Positions 25,186-38,430 of a DNA stretch of 64,000 nt are shown piece after piece. A model generated the notes under the pieces. It saw nothing but the letters and a program-made list of their open reading frames with translations. It was not told the DNA's origin and ran no database searches. The DNA lies in the NCBI GenBank assembly GCA_951406725.2, contig CATOCA020000001.1, positions 5,456,001 through 5,520,000 of the forward strand, in the 5' to 3' direction. Position 1 is the stretch's first letter, and each line of letters begins with the position of its first letter. Both the position numbers and the translations under genes were made by a program. Source of the stretch: Octopus vulgaris. Taxonomy: Eukaryota.

Positions 25186-25271
25186 CAGTTTTGTGTGTGT
25201 GTATGAAAATTTAACAAGAAAACTGGTTTGACAAGATTTAAGTGGGTTTTATATAATCTGCATACATATGT

Positions 25272-25335
<64 letters not shown>

Positions 25336-25683
25336 TTATCCATATATATATATATATGCACATAGGTTTTCAGACAATTATGGAGAGGTTACGTCATACG
25401 AAATGAATTGAATTATACTTTGACATGACAAATTGTAAAGAGCATTCAAATTTGAATAAAAGATCTTGTGTTAGTCAGGGTGTGGCACGAAATTGAATAA
25501 GAGTAGTCACCTCCTGCTTATTAACTAACTAAGAAACATTTATATCAGTTCGCCTCGTGAGGAAACACGAATCCCTAGCTTCTCCAGCATCGAAACCATT
25601 TGAAATAAGGTAAAAAAAAATTTTCTTGTCTTGAATCTTATCTTGAGAAATACAAATGTAGAAGGGCTGGAAATAGAGTTTCC

Positions 25684-25723
<40 letters not shown>

Positions 25724-25885
25724 GATTTTTTCCTCTGTCTTCCCTTCTCTGGATCTTTCCTTCTTTCCTGAGCGTCCAATAATACTCTATTTGTTCCACG
25801 TCCTTTCGTTGTTGTGTTTTTTGTGCTTTCTTGTTTGGATTAACTTTATATATATATAAAGTTAATATAAAGTTAATATAAAGTG

Positions 25886-26043
25886 GATCGACACCAGTAT
25901 GCAACTGGTATTTAATTCATCGACCCCAAAAGGATAAAGTGTAAAGTCAACCTCGGGGGAATTTGAACTCAGAACGTAAAGACGGACGAAATGCGTTGCA
26001 GCATTTCGTCCGGCGTGCTAACGTTTCTGCCAGCTCACGCCTT
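25886..26043 (-). mobile_element. SINE family A
   Basis: Reverse complement of the head and central domain. Confidence 0.85.
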
Positions 26044-26207
26044 AAATTAAATAAAAATTATTTTGTACTCTAGGCACAAGGGGAGGGATTCTGATGCTCG
26101 AGAAAAATTTAAAACTCTTGTACATATATACATACATACATACATATATACATACATACTTACATACATACATACATACATACATACTTACATACATACA
26201 TACATAT

Positions 26208-26272
<65 letters not shown>

Positions 26273-26274
<2 letters not shown>

Positions 26275-26413
26275 TCAAAATCCGCCGAGGTCAATTTTAC
26301 CTTTCATCCTTTCGCTGTCGATAAATTAAGAACCAGTTACGTCCTGGGGTCGACCTAATCGACCGGCCTCCTCCTCCAAAATTTCGGGTCTTGTACCGAG
26401 AGTAGAATAGGAA
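26273..26413 (+). mobile_element. SINE family A, 5'-truncated, alternative tail
   Basis: TCCGCCGAGGTC...CCAAAATTTCGGGTCTTGTACCGAGAGTAGAA. Confidence 0.8.
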
Positions 26414-27009
26414 ATTATGTTTGATTTCTCTGGAATTACCAGTAGAATAGATGACGAAATAAAATGATTATATAAAAGTGTAGATTTGTAAAGGAGAAAG
26501 AGGTGAATAATAATTGAAAAGTCTGTTTGTCGTTTATAGAGAGAGAAAGAGAGGGAGAGAGAGATTAAGAGACTAAACGGTGTTGGTGGTGGAGAGATTT
26601 CAAGTTATACATATGATATGTGGGTCATGCGTTTTATTTTTTAAAACATTGGGTTGTGGCCACGCTGGAGCTTAGCCTTGGGTATTTAATCAATCATAAA
26701 TCCAAATATTTTTTTAAAAGTCATGTACGTATTTCTACTCTAATTAGTCAGTAATTATTAATTTATAGCATGTTTTCATAATGTAAATTATTTGTGCATT
26801 TATATATATATTCACTAAGAGCTAATACGGCATTTTTGGTTTATCGCCTAACATCGGTTGAGGAATCTTACACACAGAAAAATTTAATTTGGACAGATAT
26901 TACATAGAATATTCTATTGAGTAATTGTAACATATTATTTTAGAGAGAATTTCCTCTATTTACATAAAATTGAGGTCTCTTTCTTTCTTTTGTTATCTTA
27001 CCGTTTTTA

Positions 27010-27053
<44 letters not shown>

Positions 27054-27260
27054 TACAAATGCTCTCTCTCTCTCTCTCTATATATATTATATATATATAT
27101 ATATATATTGTATATGCACATACAAATGCTCTTCTATTCCCATTTATGTTTTTCTCAAGCCATTATATAAACTATAAAAATGTGTCCTGCATTTTTAGAA
27201 GAATAGAAAGGTTGAAATAAATATATGTGAGGAAATTTAAAGGAAGAAAATTATACCTAA

Positions 27261-27654
27261 CTAGCAGTATCGCCCGGCGTTGCTTGGGTTTGTAAGGGAA
27301 ATAACTATAAAGCATCTTTAGAGAGTTATAGCAAAAAAATAGCAAAAAATGCATTAAAAATGGGAAAAAAATGATGATAAATTTTTTTTTAAATCGTTGA
27401 CTCATCGTAGACATTTTCAGAGAGTTACTTCCCTTATATAATAGCGAAGAAATGCAGTAAAATGGAAAAAATGATGGTAAATTTTTTTAAAATCGTTGAC
27501 TCATCGTAGACGCGCGCCAATACCCAGAAGGGCTCGATATGAATCACGACTATAAGATACCCGGTTTTGGTTAAACTGCACCGCAAAATGTGGTAGTAGT
27601 TAGGAATCTAAATCGTAGGAGGCAGACACACAACCTTACTTTTATATATAAAGA
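27261..27654 (-). mobile_element. Non-autonomous Helitron
   Basis: Minus strand: 5' TCTTTATATATAAAAG ... hairpin CCCAAGC.ACGCCGGG ... CTAG 3', inserted between A and T. It has an internal duplicated AAATCGTTGACTCATCGTAGAC. Confidence 0.85.
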
Positions 27655-27959
27655 TTATACCTGATGGAATTTTGTATTTCAAGGAAATATATTAATTTGT
27701 AAGTCAATTTTACAGGAATATAAAAAATATAAACTCTTTTTTCTTCATATAATTTAATGCAATCTCTACAATAAATTTCTGCCTTCAGCTAAAAAAAGGA
27801 AATATTTTACATTAATTTTAATTTTATGTGTATAATTGACAAGTACCGATTAATATTCCTGAATGCAGTAAATGATTCCATTCGTCTGGCTCACTTCAGA
27901 GCTTCAAACTTCGTGCTGTGCTTCTAAAGAAGTGGATCTTTGTCATTCAGTGGTTGATA

Positions 27960-28290
27960 TCAGCGGTTGTAGGATCGCGGTTTCGATACCCAGACCGGGC
28001 GTTGTGAGTGTTTATTGAGCGAAAACACCTAAAGCTCCACGAGGCTCTGGCAGGGGATGGTGGTGCTCCCTGCTGTACTCTTTCACCACAACTTTCTCTC
28101 ACTCTTACTTCCTGTTTCTGTTGTACCTGTATTTCAAAGGGCCGGCCTTGTCACACTCTGTGTCACACTGAATATCCCCGAGAACTACGTTAAGGGTACA
28201 CGTGTCTGTGGAGTGCTCAGTCACTTACACGTTAATTTCACGAGCAGGCTGTTCCGTTGATCGGATCAACCGGAACCCTCATCGTTGTAA
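27960..28290 (+). mobile_element. SINE family C variant
   Basis: GGATCGCGGTTTCGATACCCAGACCGGGCGTTGTGAGTGTTTATTGAGCGAAAACACCTAAAGCTCC... Confidence 0.85.
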
Positions 28291-28974
28291 CCGACGGAGT
28301 ACTTCCATCATCTACGCTTCTTTCTATAATCCTGGTGCGATATTTCCCTTGGCAATATTGACAGTGTCGGAATAAAGCCCTGGGTGGTGTGGTCTTGAGG
28401 AAATGCTTTCTCACTCTGTGGTGAATCTGTCTTCTAGTTGATCTGATTTTTGTGGTTTCACAAGACTTCACGCCTGGTTGACCAATTTTGAATTTAAACC
28501 AACCAGAGAGGTCAGATCTTCTGATGCTGTCTTTCAACTTATTTTCCCTCAATGTAGACCCAGTGTTTATTTCAATGCCTCTGCTTCCTCCATTTCCTCC
28601 CTCTCTTATTCTTCTCTTAGCCTATGTTATTAAGTCTACTATGTGTATGTGTGTGTAATATATACTAGCAGTTACCCGGCCTTTGTCTCGGCGTGTAGTG
28701 TACACAAATGTATTCATAAAGCATCTTTCGTAATGCTTATGTATTAAGATCTTAGTTAAAGGTTACAAGTCGCTCCTCTCCAAAAGATAAAGTTCTAAAT
28801 TCCAACCTGACTTGTCGTTACTTTGATGTTTCCTGTTCTCTGGAGCAGGCATTTCTATCTGCGTTACTTTGAAGTTGTTCTGTTAACATATATTCTCTTA
28901 AGCTGGCTTTTCTAATGGCTTGAGACTTGAACCTCTGTCGTTTCCCCCACTGGTGTCTCTTGTTGCCTCCAGCA

Positions 28975-29290
28975 GTGTGGTAAGAAGCTTGCTTCCCCAC
29001 CACATGGTTCTGCGTTCAATCCCTTGAAGCCTTGAGATTGAAGTTTGTAGATGGGAAGTGAAAGAAGCCTGTCGTATATATATACGTGTGTGTTTATTTG
29101 TACACTTCATCATTTATTAACAACCGGTGTTGGTGTTTTTACATCCCAATAAATTATCGGTTCGCTAAAGGATTCCGATAGAATAAGTACTAGGCCGAAA
29201 AATCTTCCGGGGGTTGATTTGTTCAACTAGAACCCTTCAAGGTGGTGCTACAGAATGGTCGCTGTCAAGTGCCTGAAGCAAGTAAAAGAT
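28975..29290 (+). mobile_element. SINE family B, diverged
   Basis: GTGTGGTAAGAAGCTTGCTTCCC...CCGATAGAATAAGTACT...GAAGCAAGTAAAAGA. Confidence 0.75.
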
Positions 29291-30695
29291 TTTTAAATAT
29301 AAATATAAATATGTGTATGTGAGTGTGTGTGTGTGTGTGTGTGTAAAAGTGATAAAGTCAAGTTTCATGTATTTAGTGTCTGTAACTGTAACTCCCTCCC
29401 ACTCCTTTTGCTGTTTTAGCTTTCTTTCTGACTTGTCCATAAATTATCTTTACAACTTCCACACTTCCGAACTTCAAACTGTAAACCCAGTGTTTATTTC
29501 AATACCTCGCTTCCTCCATTTCCTCTCTCTCTTATTCTTCTCTTAGCCTATTTTATTAAGTCTGCTATGCGTATGTGTGTGTGTGTATAATATATACGAG
29601 CATTCCCCAGGCCTTTGTCTCCGTGTGTAGTGTACACAAATGTATTCATAAAACATCTTTAGTAATGCTTATGTATTAAGATCTTAATTAAAGGTTACAA
29701 GTCGATACTCTTCACAAGAAATAGTTTTAAATTCCAACCTTAATTCCCCCCACACACACACACAGACAAATTTACAGAAAACAAAAGACACACACACACA
29801 TATAAATATATATATACATATAAATATAATCATGTAGTACATGATCGAGTATACTGCCAGATGTTACACATCACTGGTCACAATGTGCTTTGCATTGTTT
29901 GACGTTTTCAATGATGCCACTCCACTGGTTAGGAAAGCAGGCGAACATTCGGAAGTCTTGGGAAAGGAAGGGCATTGCAAGAATCAAACCCACGATCTAG
30001 CTATTGTGAGGGTAACACTCGAATCACTATGCCATACAGCTACTCACACATGCACACTAGTATACACATACATAGACTTATATATGTACGTTTATGCATA
30101 TAAAGCAATCATTTTACACCTTTTCTCCATACTACCATGGGTTGTATGAGTATATTATTGATCCATTCTTTTTGGATCTGGATCCCCTTCATGTTATTAA
30201 CCCTTACCAGTTGTTCAAGGGATCACTTATTCCAATGGTTCGTCTATTAACAGGAAAAATGATAATCTAATCGTTCATAGCTGAGCAATTTTCAGTAAAA
30301 GCAAATGGAAACATACACACACACACTCAGCAGGTGAGTGCATATATATATGCATACGTACACTCACACAAACACACAGACACTTCATTTTGGCAGTTTT
30401 TTCACTGGTCCTCAGATTTTGTCAGTGGTGTACGATGGGCTTCTCTCAGATTATCTCTATTTAATCCACTCAGAAGCCTTGATCAGCCATGGGATTTAGA
30501 AGAAGTTACTTGCCCAAGGTGTCATACAGTGGGACAAAACTGGTGGTTGGCGTTTGGAAGGGCATCCAGCTGTAAAATCCCTTCCAAAATAGACAGTAGC
30601 CCAGGGTAGTTCTTTTCTACCTGGCCTGCTCCTGTCACCCATCTTACTCATGAATGGATGAAAAGTGGACGTTAAGTGATGATGGCAATGATATA

Positions 30696-30723
<28 letters not shown>

Positions 30724-30729
<6 letters not shown>

Positions 30730-30778
30730 TTTTTCCAAATATCTTTATGACTATTTCATAATTATTTAATAAATTTCC

Positions 30779-30870
<92 letters not shown>

Positions 30871-30927
30871 ATGGAAATTTATTAAATAATTATGAAATAG
30901 TCATAAAGATATTTGGAAAAATCTATA
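30724..30927. repeat. Inverted repeat (~58-bp perfect arms) around a (CA)n/(TA)n core
   Basis: TATAGATTTTTCCAAATATCTTTATGACTATTTCATAATTATTTAATAAATTTCCATTA and its exact reverse complement. Confidence 0.92.
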
Positions 30928-31444
30928 AAGTAAGCACTTGTTAATAGTGTCTGATTCGATCACATCTACTTTGCTAGTGTTTTGACAAAGATTAATACAG
31001 GAGGTTTTATTGAACAAACTCTGTTTCATTGATTCTTTAAATATTTTTCGTATATTTACCTTTCTTTGGAGAATCAGTTTGTCTTTGATATAAAGTGCCC
31101 TCCACCGTAGCTTGGGTATGATCCACAGATTTATAGCTCAACATGTACGCTGCCTCTACGTAGCTGACCAACAGACTGTACATTCCAATATTGAGGGTTT
31201 AATTGTAACCAGTCAATCTGTAATCTAACCTAGAGACACAACACAATGACTGTTGTTAGGTTTATTAGTGTCAAGAAGAACATTCAGCTATGAATAATAC
31301 TTTAGATAAACTGAAGTTTACAATATCAATGTTATCTTATGCAAGATTTTAGAACCATTAACTTCTGTTTATTGTTGTTTACCTCATTTTATAAGTTTTT
31401 AAAAACTGTTTTAATCTTTTTTTGTCATCTTTTATTCAGAAGAC

Positions 31445-31522
31445 ATGGACTCAATCGTTGATAAAATTAGAAATAATGATGTGGAAGGATTGAAAATCTT
31501 ACTTGAGGAGAGGCCAGACGAA
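31445..31522 (+). CDS. Probable first coding exon of an ankyrin-repeat-like protein (MDSIVDKIRNNDVEGLKILLEERPDE)
   Basis: A polypyrimidine tract and TTCAG acceptor end at 31439, ATG is at 31445, there are 26 open codons, and a canonical GTAAGT donor is at 31523 (phase 0). The pattern NDVEGLKILLE..PD resembles an ankyrin helix pair. No downstream exon was identified. Confidence 0.6.
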
Positions 31523-31688
31523 GTAAGTTGTTCTGTTTATTGCTTTCTCAAATTTGCCTATTTCTTTATTATTTTATACGCAATTTGAAAACTTCAAACT
31601 AACTCCATATATTTCTCCATAATATTTCTTTTCTTTCTTCATCTCTTTCCTCTAATTGCCATTAATGTTATAATAAAAGTATTGACCA

Positions 31689-31900
31689 AGGCAGCGAGAT
31701 GGCAGAATCGTTAGCATGCCAGGTGAAATGTTTCGTCTGTGTTTACGTTCTGAGATCAAATTCCGCCGAGGTCGACTTTTCTTGTCATCCTTCCTAGGTC
31801 GGTATATTAAGTACTAGTTGCCTACTGTGGTCGGTCTAATCGACTGGCCCCCTCCCCAAAAATGTCAGGCCTTGTGCCTTGAGTAGAAAAAGAATATTAT
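31689..31900 (+). mobile_element. SINE family A monomer (alternative tail)
   Basis: AGGCAGCGAGATGGCAGAATCGTTAGC...GAGTAGAAAAAGAATATT, with TTGACCAA on both flanks. Confidence 0.88.
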
Positions 31901-33269
31901 TCTTGACCAAATTTTTAGCATGGCAAAGTAGATGGAATGTGAATGTGAGAGAAACCCATCATCACACACTGCAAGGGAGTATTCTGACATGAAATTTTCA
32001 GATGAGATGAGAAACAGATGGAATCTGTAGATGGATGGTGGCTTTTTAAAGAAGTCCTCTTGCCATACGCAGTCGAAGGTTTTACTGATGTCAAGGGCTA
32101 CACCATTTTATGCAGATTTTGTCAAACATATGAAAACACTGGTGTGTCACATATGTACCAAGCCCCTCTTGATCTGGCTTTATAAAATTGTACTGGTGAG
32201 CATTGAATAATGAAAGATACCTAAAGGGACAAATATGATGGTTGTTTGTGACTTTTTACTTCATAATTGAACCATTGGAAGTTAGAATGACTGGATGGTA
32301 GTCACTCGATAAGATATTGTCTGCAGGAATATTGAGCAGGATTTCCCAGTGAGCTCAGTACTACTAATGTGTGGGGGCGCTGTGGGAAAATAGCATATGA
32401 GGTCATGTATATATGAAACACAAATAATGTGTACCCGAGTTTTACTGAAGCTATGTATCAACTGTTGGATCAGTAAAGAAAACTAAGTGGGGAAGCATCA
32501 AGTATTCACTTATTCTGGTGAAGGTTCTGTGGTAAGTAGTCACCCATGTCAAGATTAGGATCGAGAGGGAAATTAATCTGATCTGGTATTAATTGAAACG
32601 ACATTAAAAATGTGTTATATAGAGTCGTAGCAAGGAAAGGGACATTGAGAAATCCTTGGTAAATGAAAAGAAACCACATTTAAAAGGTTTGAGAATCCCT
32701 GGTATAGAACCGTCATGGTTAGGAAGCAGTTGGTAGAATGATTCTGTTAAATTTATAGAGATTCTGTTGGTAGGAGACCAGAAATCTTGGTTTTAAATTA
32801 GGAGTGAAGAGAGCTGACAGATGGTGAAATGCAGAAAGAAGCATCCTTTATTTTCTTGATGACCATCATACCTGTAATTCAATGGTGGGTGTATGTCTGC
32901 CACTTTGTGATGGTAGGTGTTTTCCTCCAGATGATGTTGATATTGTTGTCTAAACAGATGTAATACAGTTGTGTATGAACAACTCACACCTTTTAACATT
33001 TTGTATGGCTACAAAGTACTAACGAAGCACTTAATTTAAAATGAAGCACTGCCTTATTTATGTTTTTATTCCCCTATCGTTTCCTTTCATTTGTATCCAC
33101 TTTTTCACATTTTGAACATATTCAACAGAAGTTGGTGTCATCCAGAAGTTCCCACAGATATCTAGTCTCAAATAATTACTTTGTATTAGATTCAGTGACA
33201 AACATAAAGTGGTTTTCTTTCTTTTCATTGAGCTTATGCATGAATTGAACCCTCTTCCTAAGCATTTCG

Positions 33270-34570
33270 GGGAGCATGGTAATAAGGGAGGGTAGTAAGG
33301 TAACCAACAAAATCAGGCTCCAAGTGCAAGGAGAATTCCATCAATAGAGGTAAATCCTAGTAAATGCCTTAAAAAGATGTTTGACAAGTCGCTGTCAGAG
33401 AGAAGCAATGTCACCAAAATTGTAAAGCAAGCAGAGGAGTGGCTGATGAGGATTGATAAATCAGGGCTTCCAGGAAAGTTCAGGGCATGGCTCTACCAAC
33501 ACAGACTGCTCCCAAGACTCATATGGTTGCTGACGCTGTATGATGATCCAATGACAAGTGTGGAAAGGGTGGAGAGAAAGATAACTAAATACCTCCGAAG
33601 ATTGCTAGGAGTTTCCCAAGCTTCACTTCAGTAGGCCTGTCCATAAGTTCTGGAAGGCTAAAACTTCCCCTGTCGTATTTAATGGAGGAATTTAAAGTAG
33701 CAAAATGTAATGTAATGATGTACAGAGTCTCTAAGGACGAGCTTGTCAGACATGCAGGTATTACCACAAGGTGTGGGTAACTAGCACTGCTGTCGCTCCG
33801 GCTGAAGGCATGCTGGAGCTACGCGCCATAATTGGAGCTACATGTTGGTGTCGCCAGGGACTTGGCTCTTTCTATTTCCAAAAATGGAAGAAAGCAGACA
33901 CCAGGAAGAGGCGGGCTATGACCGAGACAGCGGTGCGGTACCAGGAGGAAGATAAAAGGAAATCAAGAGCTGTGGAGTTGATATCTCTGAGTGCATGGAC
34001 TAAATGGGATCTCCCTGAGAGAAAGCTCACATGGACTGACCTGTGGAGGCTGGAACCTTTGCACATCTCCTTCCTTCCTGGAGCGATGTATGACACACTC
34101 CCGACGCCAACAAACCTGTACAAATAGGGTTTGAGGGAAGACCAGCTGTGTAGACTTTGTGGGAAAGGGGCACTCTGGCACACATCCTGGTAGGGTGCAG
34201 AATAACACTTTCTCAGGGCAGATACAAATACTTGCTCACACCCTGGAGCAGTAAAGGTGTGAGAAACATCATCACCAAGGGAAGATAACTGCCGCAATTA
34301 AGTTCGTGAAAGAGGGAGAGAAACCAGTAAAGCCAGCAAAAGCAATACACAGCTTGCTGCAAGGGTCTCAACCATGGGATATGAAGGTAGACTTAGGGAA
34401 AAGATTGCAGTTTCCCCAGGTTATCCATACAACACTGAGGACTGATGTGGTTCTGTGGCCTGAAAAGGCCCAGAAAATTATCATAATTCAACGAACAGTC
34501 ACGTAGGGAGCGGGTTATAACAAGGCCCATGAACGGAAGTGTGACAGATATAAGAGCTTTCTGCAGGCTC
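33270..34570 (+). mobile_element. Hero-like (R2-group, RLE endonuclease) LINE, 5'-truncated and decayed
   Basis: IDKSGLPGKFRAWLYQH..LPRL.W, GLG, YDTLPTPTNL, a C..C...H zinc knuckle (LCRLCG..HIL) and an R(T/P)DVVLW...IIII RLE motif. Confidence 0.85.
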
Positions 34571-34619
34571 CATTCGCTTTGGTGAATAAATAAAACACAT
34601 CCTTACAGGTGTTATTAAC

Positions 34620-34866
34620 TCGTATATATGTGTGTGTGTGTGTGTGTTTGTGTGTGTATGTATGCTTGTGTATCTATGCTAGAGTGTGTCCCTAACTGGT
34701 AATTGATAAGCGGTGTTGGTGTATTTGCATCCCTGTTACTTAGCCCTGAAGCAAAAGAGAGCTATAGGTTGGTGCTAAATAAACAGGAAAGGTACCACAC
34801 ATAAAAGACAAAACCGAGGAGGAACCCCAGCATGGCCGAAGTCTCATGACTGAAACAAGTACAAGA
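34620..34866 (+). mobile_element. SINE family B 3' part, diverged
   Basis: (TG)n...GGTGTTGGTGTATTT...CCAGCATGGCCGAAGTCTCATGACTGAAACAAGTA. Confidence 0.65.
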
Positions 34867-36638
34867 GAGAAAGAAAAAGAAAGAGAAAAAAGAAGAGAGG
34901 AATAGAAAAATAGAAGAAAGAAAAGGAAAATTAAGAGAGAATTATAGAGAAGACAAAAAGAGAAACGAAACAGAGAAAGAGAGAAATAAAAGAGTGAGAG
35001 AGAGGAAGAAGGATAAAAATAAAACGAGAAGGAGAAAGAAGGAGAGAAAAGTGAGAGTGCGAGAAAAGAAAGAGAGAGAGAAAAAGAAATGAGAGGAAGA
35101 AAGAGAGAAATGAAAGAGTGAGAGAGAGGAAGAAGGATAAAAAGAAAACGAGAGGGAGAAGAAGAGAGAGAGAAAGAAACGAGAAGAAGAAAGAGAGAAA
35201 TGAAAGAGTGAGAGAGAGGAAGAAGGATAAAAAGAAAACGAGAGGGAGAAAGAAGGAGAAAAAAGCGAGAGAGCGAGAAAAGAAAGAGAGAGAAAAAGAA
35301 ACGAGAGGAAGAAAGAGAGAAATGAAAGAGTGAGAGAGAAGAAGAAGGATAAAAAGAAAACGAGAGGGAGAAAGGAGGTGAAAAAGCGAGAGAGCGAGAA
35401 AAGAAAGAGAGAGAAAGAAACGAGAGGAAGAAAGAGTGAGAGAGAGGAAGAAGGATAAAAAGAAAACGAGAGGGAGAAAGAAGGAGAAAAAAGCGAGAGA
35501 GCGAGAAAAGAAAGAGAGAGAGAAAAAGAAACGAGAGGAAGAAAGAGAGAAATGAAAGAGTGAGAGAGAGGAAGAAGGATAAAAAGAAAACGAGAGGGAG
35601 AAAGAAGGAGAAAAAGCGAGAGAGCGAGAAAAGAAAGAGAGAGAAAAAGAAACGAGAGGAAGAAAGAGAGAAATGAAAGAGTGAGAGAGAGGAAGAAGGA
35701 TAAAAAGAAAACGAGAGGGAGAAAGAAGGAGAAAAGAGCGAGAGAGCGAGAAAAGAAAGAGAGAAAAAGAAACGAGAGGAAGAAAGAGAGAAATGAAAGA
35801 GTGAGAGAGAGGAAGAAGGATAAAAAGAAAACGAGAGGGAGAAAGAAGGAGAAAAAAGTGAGAGAGCGAGAGAAGAAAGCGAGAGGAAGAAAGAGAGAAA
35901 TGAAAGAGTGAGAGAGAGGAAGAAGGATAAAAAGAAAACGAGAGGGAGAAAGGAGAAAAAAGCGAGAGAGCGAGAAAAGAAAGAGAGAGAAAAAGAAACG
36001 AGAGGAAGAAAGAGAGAAATGAAAGAGTGAGAGAGAGGAAGAAGGATAAAAAGAAAACGAGAGGGAGAAAGAAGGAGAAAAAATGAGAGAGCGAGAGAAG
36101 AAAGCGAGAGGAAGAAAGAAGAGAAATGAAAGAGTGAGAGAGAGGAAGAAGGATAAAAAGAAAACGAGAGGGAGAAAGAAGGAGAAAAAGAGAGAGAGCG
36201 AGAAAAGAAAGAGAGAAAAAAAGAAACGAGAGGAAGAAGAGAGAAATGAAAGAGTGAGAGAGAGGAAGAAGGATAAAAAGAAAACGAGAGGGAGAAAGAA
36301 GGAGAAAAATGTGAGAGAGCGAGAAAAGAAAGAGAGAGAAAAAGAAACGAGAGGAAGAAAGAGAGAAATGAAAGAGTGAGAGAGAGGAAGAAGGATAAAA
36401 AGAAAACGAGAGGGAGAAAGAAGGAGATAAAAGCGAGAAAAGAAAGAGAGAGAAAAAGAAACGAGAGGAAGAAAGAGAGAAATGAAAGAGTGAGAAAGAG
36501 AAAGAAGGATAAAAAGAAAACGAGAGGGAGAAAGAAGGAGAAAAAAGTGAGTGAGCGAGAGGAAGAAAGAGAGAAATGATAGAGTGAGAGAGAGGAAGAA
36601 GGATAAAAAGAAAAAGAAAGGGAGAAGAAGGAGGAAAA
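34866..36638. repeat. Purine-rich minisatellite (~100-115-bp unit)
   Basis: GAGAGAGGAAGAAGGATAAAAAGAAAACGAGAGGGAGAAAG recurs many times up to the gap. Confidence 0.92.
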
Positions 36639-36738
36639 NNNNNNNNNNNNNNNNNNNNNNNNNNNNNNNNNNNNNNNNNNNNNNNNNNNNNNNNNNNNNN
36701 NNNNNNNNNNNNNNNNNNNNNNNNNNNNNNNNNNNNNN
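36639..36738. other. Assembly gap (100 N)
   Basis: Run of N. Confidence 1.
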
Positions 36739-36754
36739 AAGGAGGTGGGGGAGA

Positions 36755-37263
36755 TAGAGAGAGAAAGAAAGGAAGAAAGAGTGAGAGAGAGAAGGCCTAG
36801 GGAAGGGGAGGGATATATTAATGTATGAGGAAGCAGAGAAAGAATGAGAGTGGGAGAGAGAGAGACAGAATGCGTGAGAGAGAGAGAGAGAGAGAGAGAA
36901 AGAAAGGAAGAAAGAGTGAGAGAGAGAAAGCCTAGGGAAGGGGAGGGATATATTAATGTATGAGGAAGCAGAGAAAGAATGAGAGTGGGAGAGAGAGAGA
37001 GAGACAGAATGCGTGAGAGAGAGAGAGAGAGAGAGAGAAAGAAAGGAAGAAAGAGTGAGAGAGAGAAACCCTAGGGAAGGGGAGGGATATATTAATGTAT
37101 GAGGAAGGAGAGAAAGAATTAGAGTGGGAGAGAGAGAGAGAGAGAGAGAATGAAAGGAAGATTGAGTGAGAGAGAGAAACCCTAGGGAAGGGGAGGGATA
37201 TATTAATGTATGAGGAAGCAGAGAAAGAATGAGAGTGGGAGAGAGAGAGAGAGACAGAATGCA

Positions 37264-37300
<37 letters not shown>
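36755..37300. repeat. Purine-rich tandem repeat (~125-bp unit, 4 copies)
   Basis: CCTAGGGAAGGGGAGGGATATATTAATGTATGAGGAAG occurs four times. Confidence 0.9.
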
Positions 37301-37302
<2 letters not shown>

Positions 37303-37969
37303 CAGACATATATACAGTTAGTGAGGGAGAGGAAGAGGTGAACGCTTTTGCAAGGGAGGTGGCCGGTGATTAAAATGAATATATAATGAGGTTCTGAGAG
37401 AAAGGAGACAAAGAGGGAGAAGTGGGAGGATATGTTTCGGGGGAGAGAAAGAGTATGAAAATGCATTAAGGGTTCAGTGAGGTACAGACAGAGGGAATTA
37501 AGAGTAAAAGCAAGGGAGGGGGAAGCATTGGGTAATATATGAGGAGGTGGGAGAGGGAGGCGAAGAGAAAGGGACAAAGAGGGAGAGCGCGCTTATTGGA
37601 CGATATATATTTAGTAATAGGGGAAGGGTATGAGTTAATAAAGAAAGTGAAATGGGCGGAGTCAGTCTACGTTATGCAAAGTGGTGGGAGGAGTCAACGT
37701 TGAAAGGGTAAGAACAATAACTCTTATTGAATCCCTTTTCGCTTTAAATTCTATTTTTTTCTTTCGCAGAATTTGAAGATTTCCAAAAATGATTTAATGT
37801 AAATAATAGATCGAAGGGTTTAATATTGCAATCCTTAGCCCTTAATTTCCTCCTCGTAATCTTCACACTGCACCCTGCACCTATTGTGGATGCAGCTGCT
37901 AGAAATAGCAGCCAAACATCGGATACTAAATGAAACCTCTGATTTCTTTAATTGCTTCAAAATTTATTT

Positions 37970-38430
37970 ATTAAGTTGAGGAAAAAGTTCGTGCGTTTGG
38001 TCTTTATTTTGAAGAATATTTGTTGCTTTTGAATAAATTCTTGCATAAAACAATCATTATTTTAACACGACGCACAGACTTTTCCCTCAATCTAATAGTT
38101 TCTATTTTATAATTGGCATTTGGTGAGATAACTGCAAAGATTAGCCATTGACTGTCCACTACAAAGAGAAGGGAGCAAGAATATGCAATGGAAGTGCAGT
38201 TTAGTGCAGCCGTGCACTGGTTGTCGTCCTATTTTAAGCTGCAAAAATGTGAAAGTAAACTTCGAGAAGGAAAGGGATCAGACCGGAAGTGATGAGAATA
38301 GAACAGGAAACAAGTGAATGCCATCTAACGGAGAACAATTCAGCTCATAGTGACCACGCCTCGACCACCGAAACATCTCGACACACTGTTTTTACTCATC
38401 GCAGGCCGGTCCCATGGATGTGTGACGGAG
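37970..38430 (+). mobile_element. Possible ancient mariner 5' relic
   Basis: TIR-like TTAAGTTGAGGAAAAAGTTCGTGCG followed by very degenerate transposase-like sequence. Weak evidence. Confidence 0.3.

Noticed and set aside
31920-32705. Possible hAT relic ending AAAGGTTTGAGAATCCCTG
   Set aside because: Only one terminus-like motif; no matching TIR, TSD or readable transposase.
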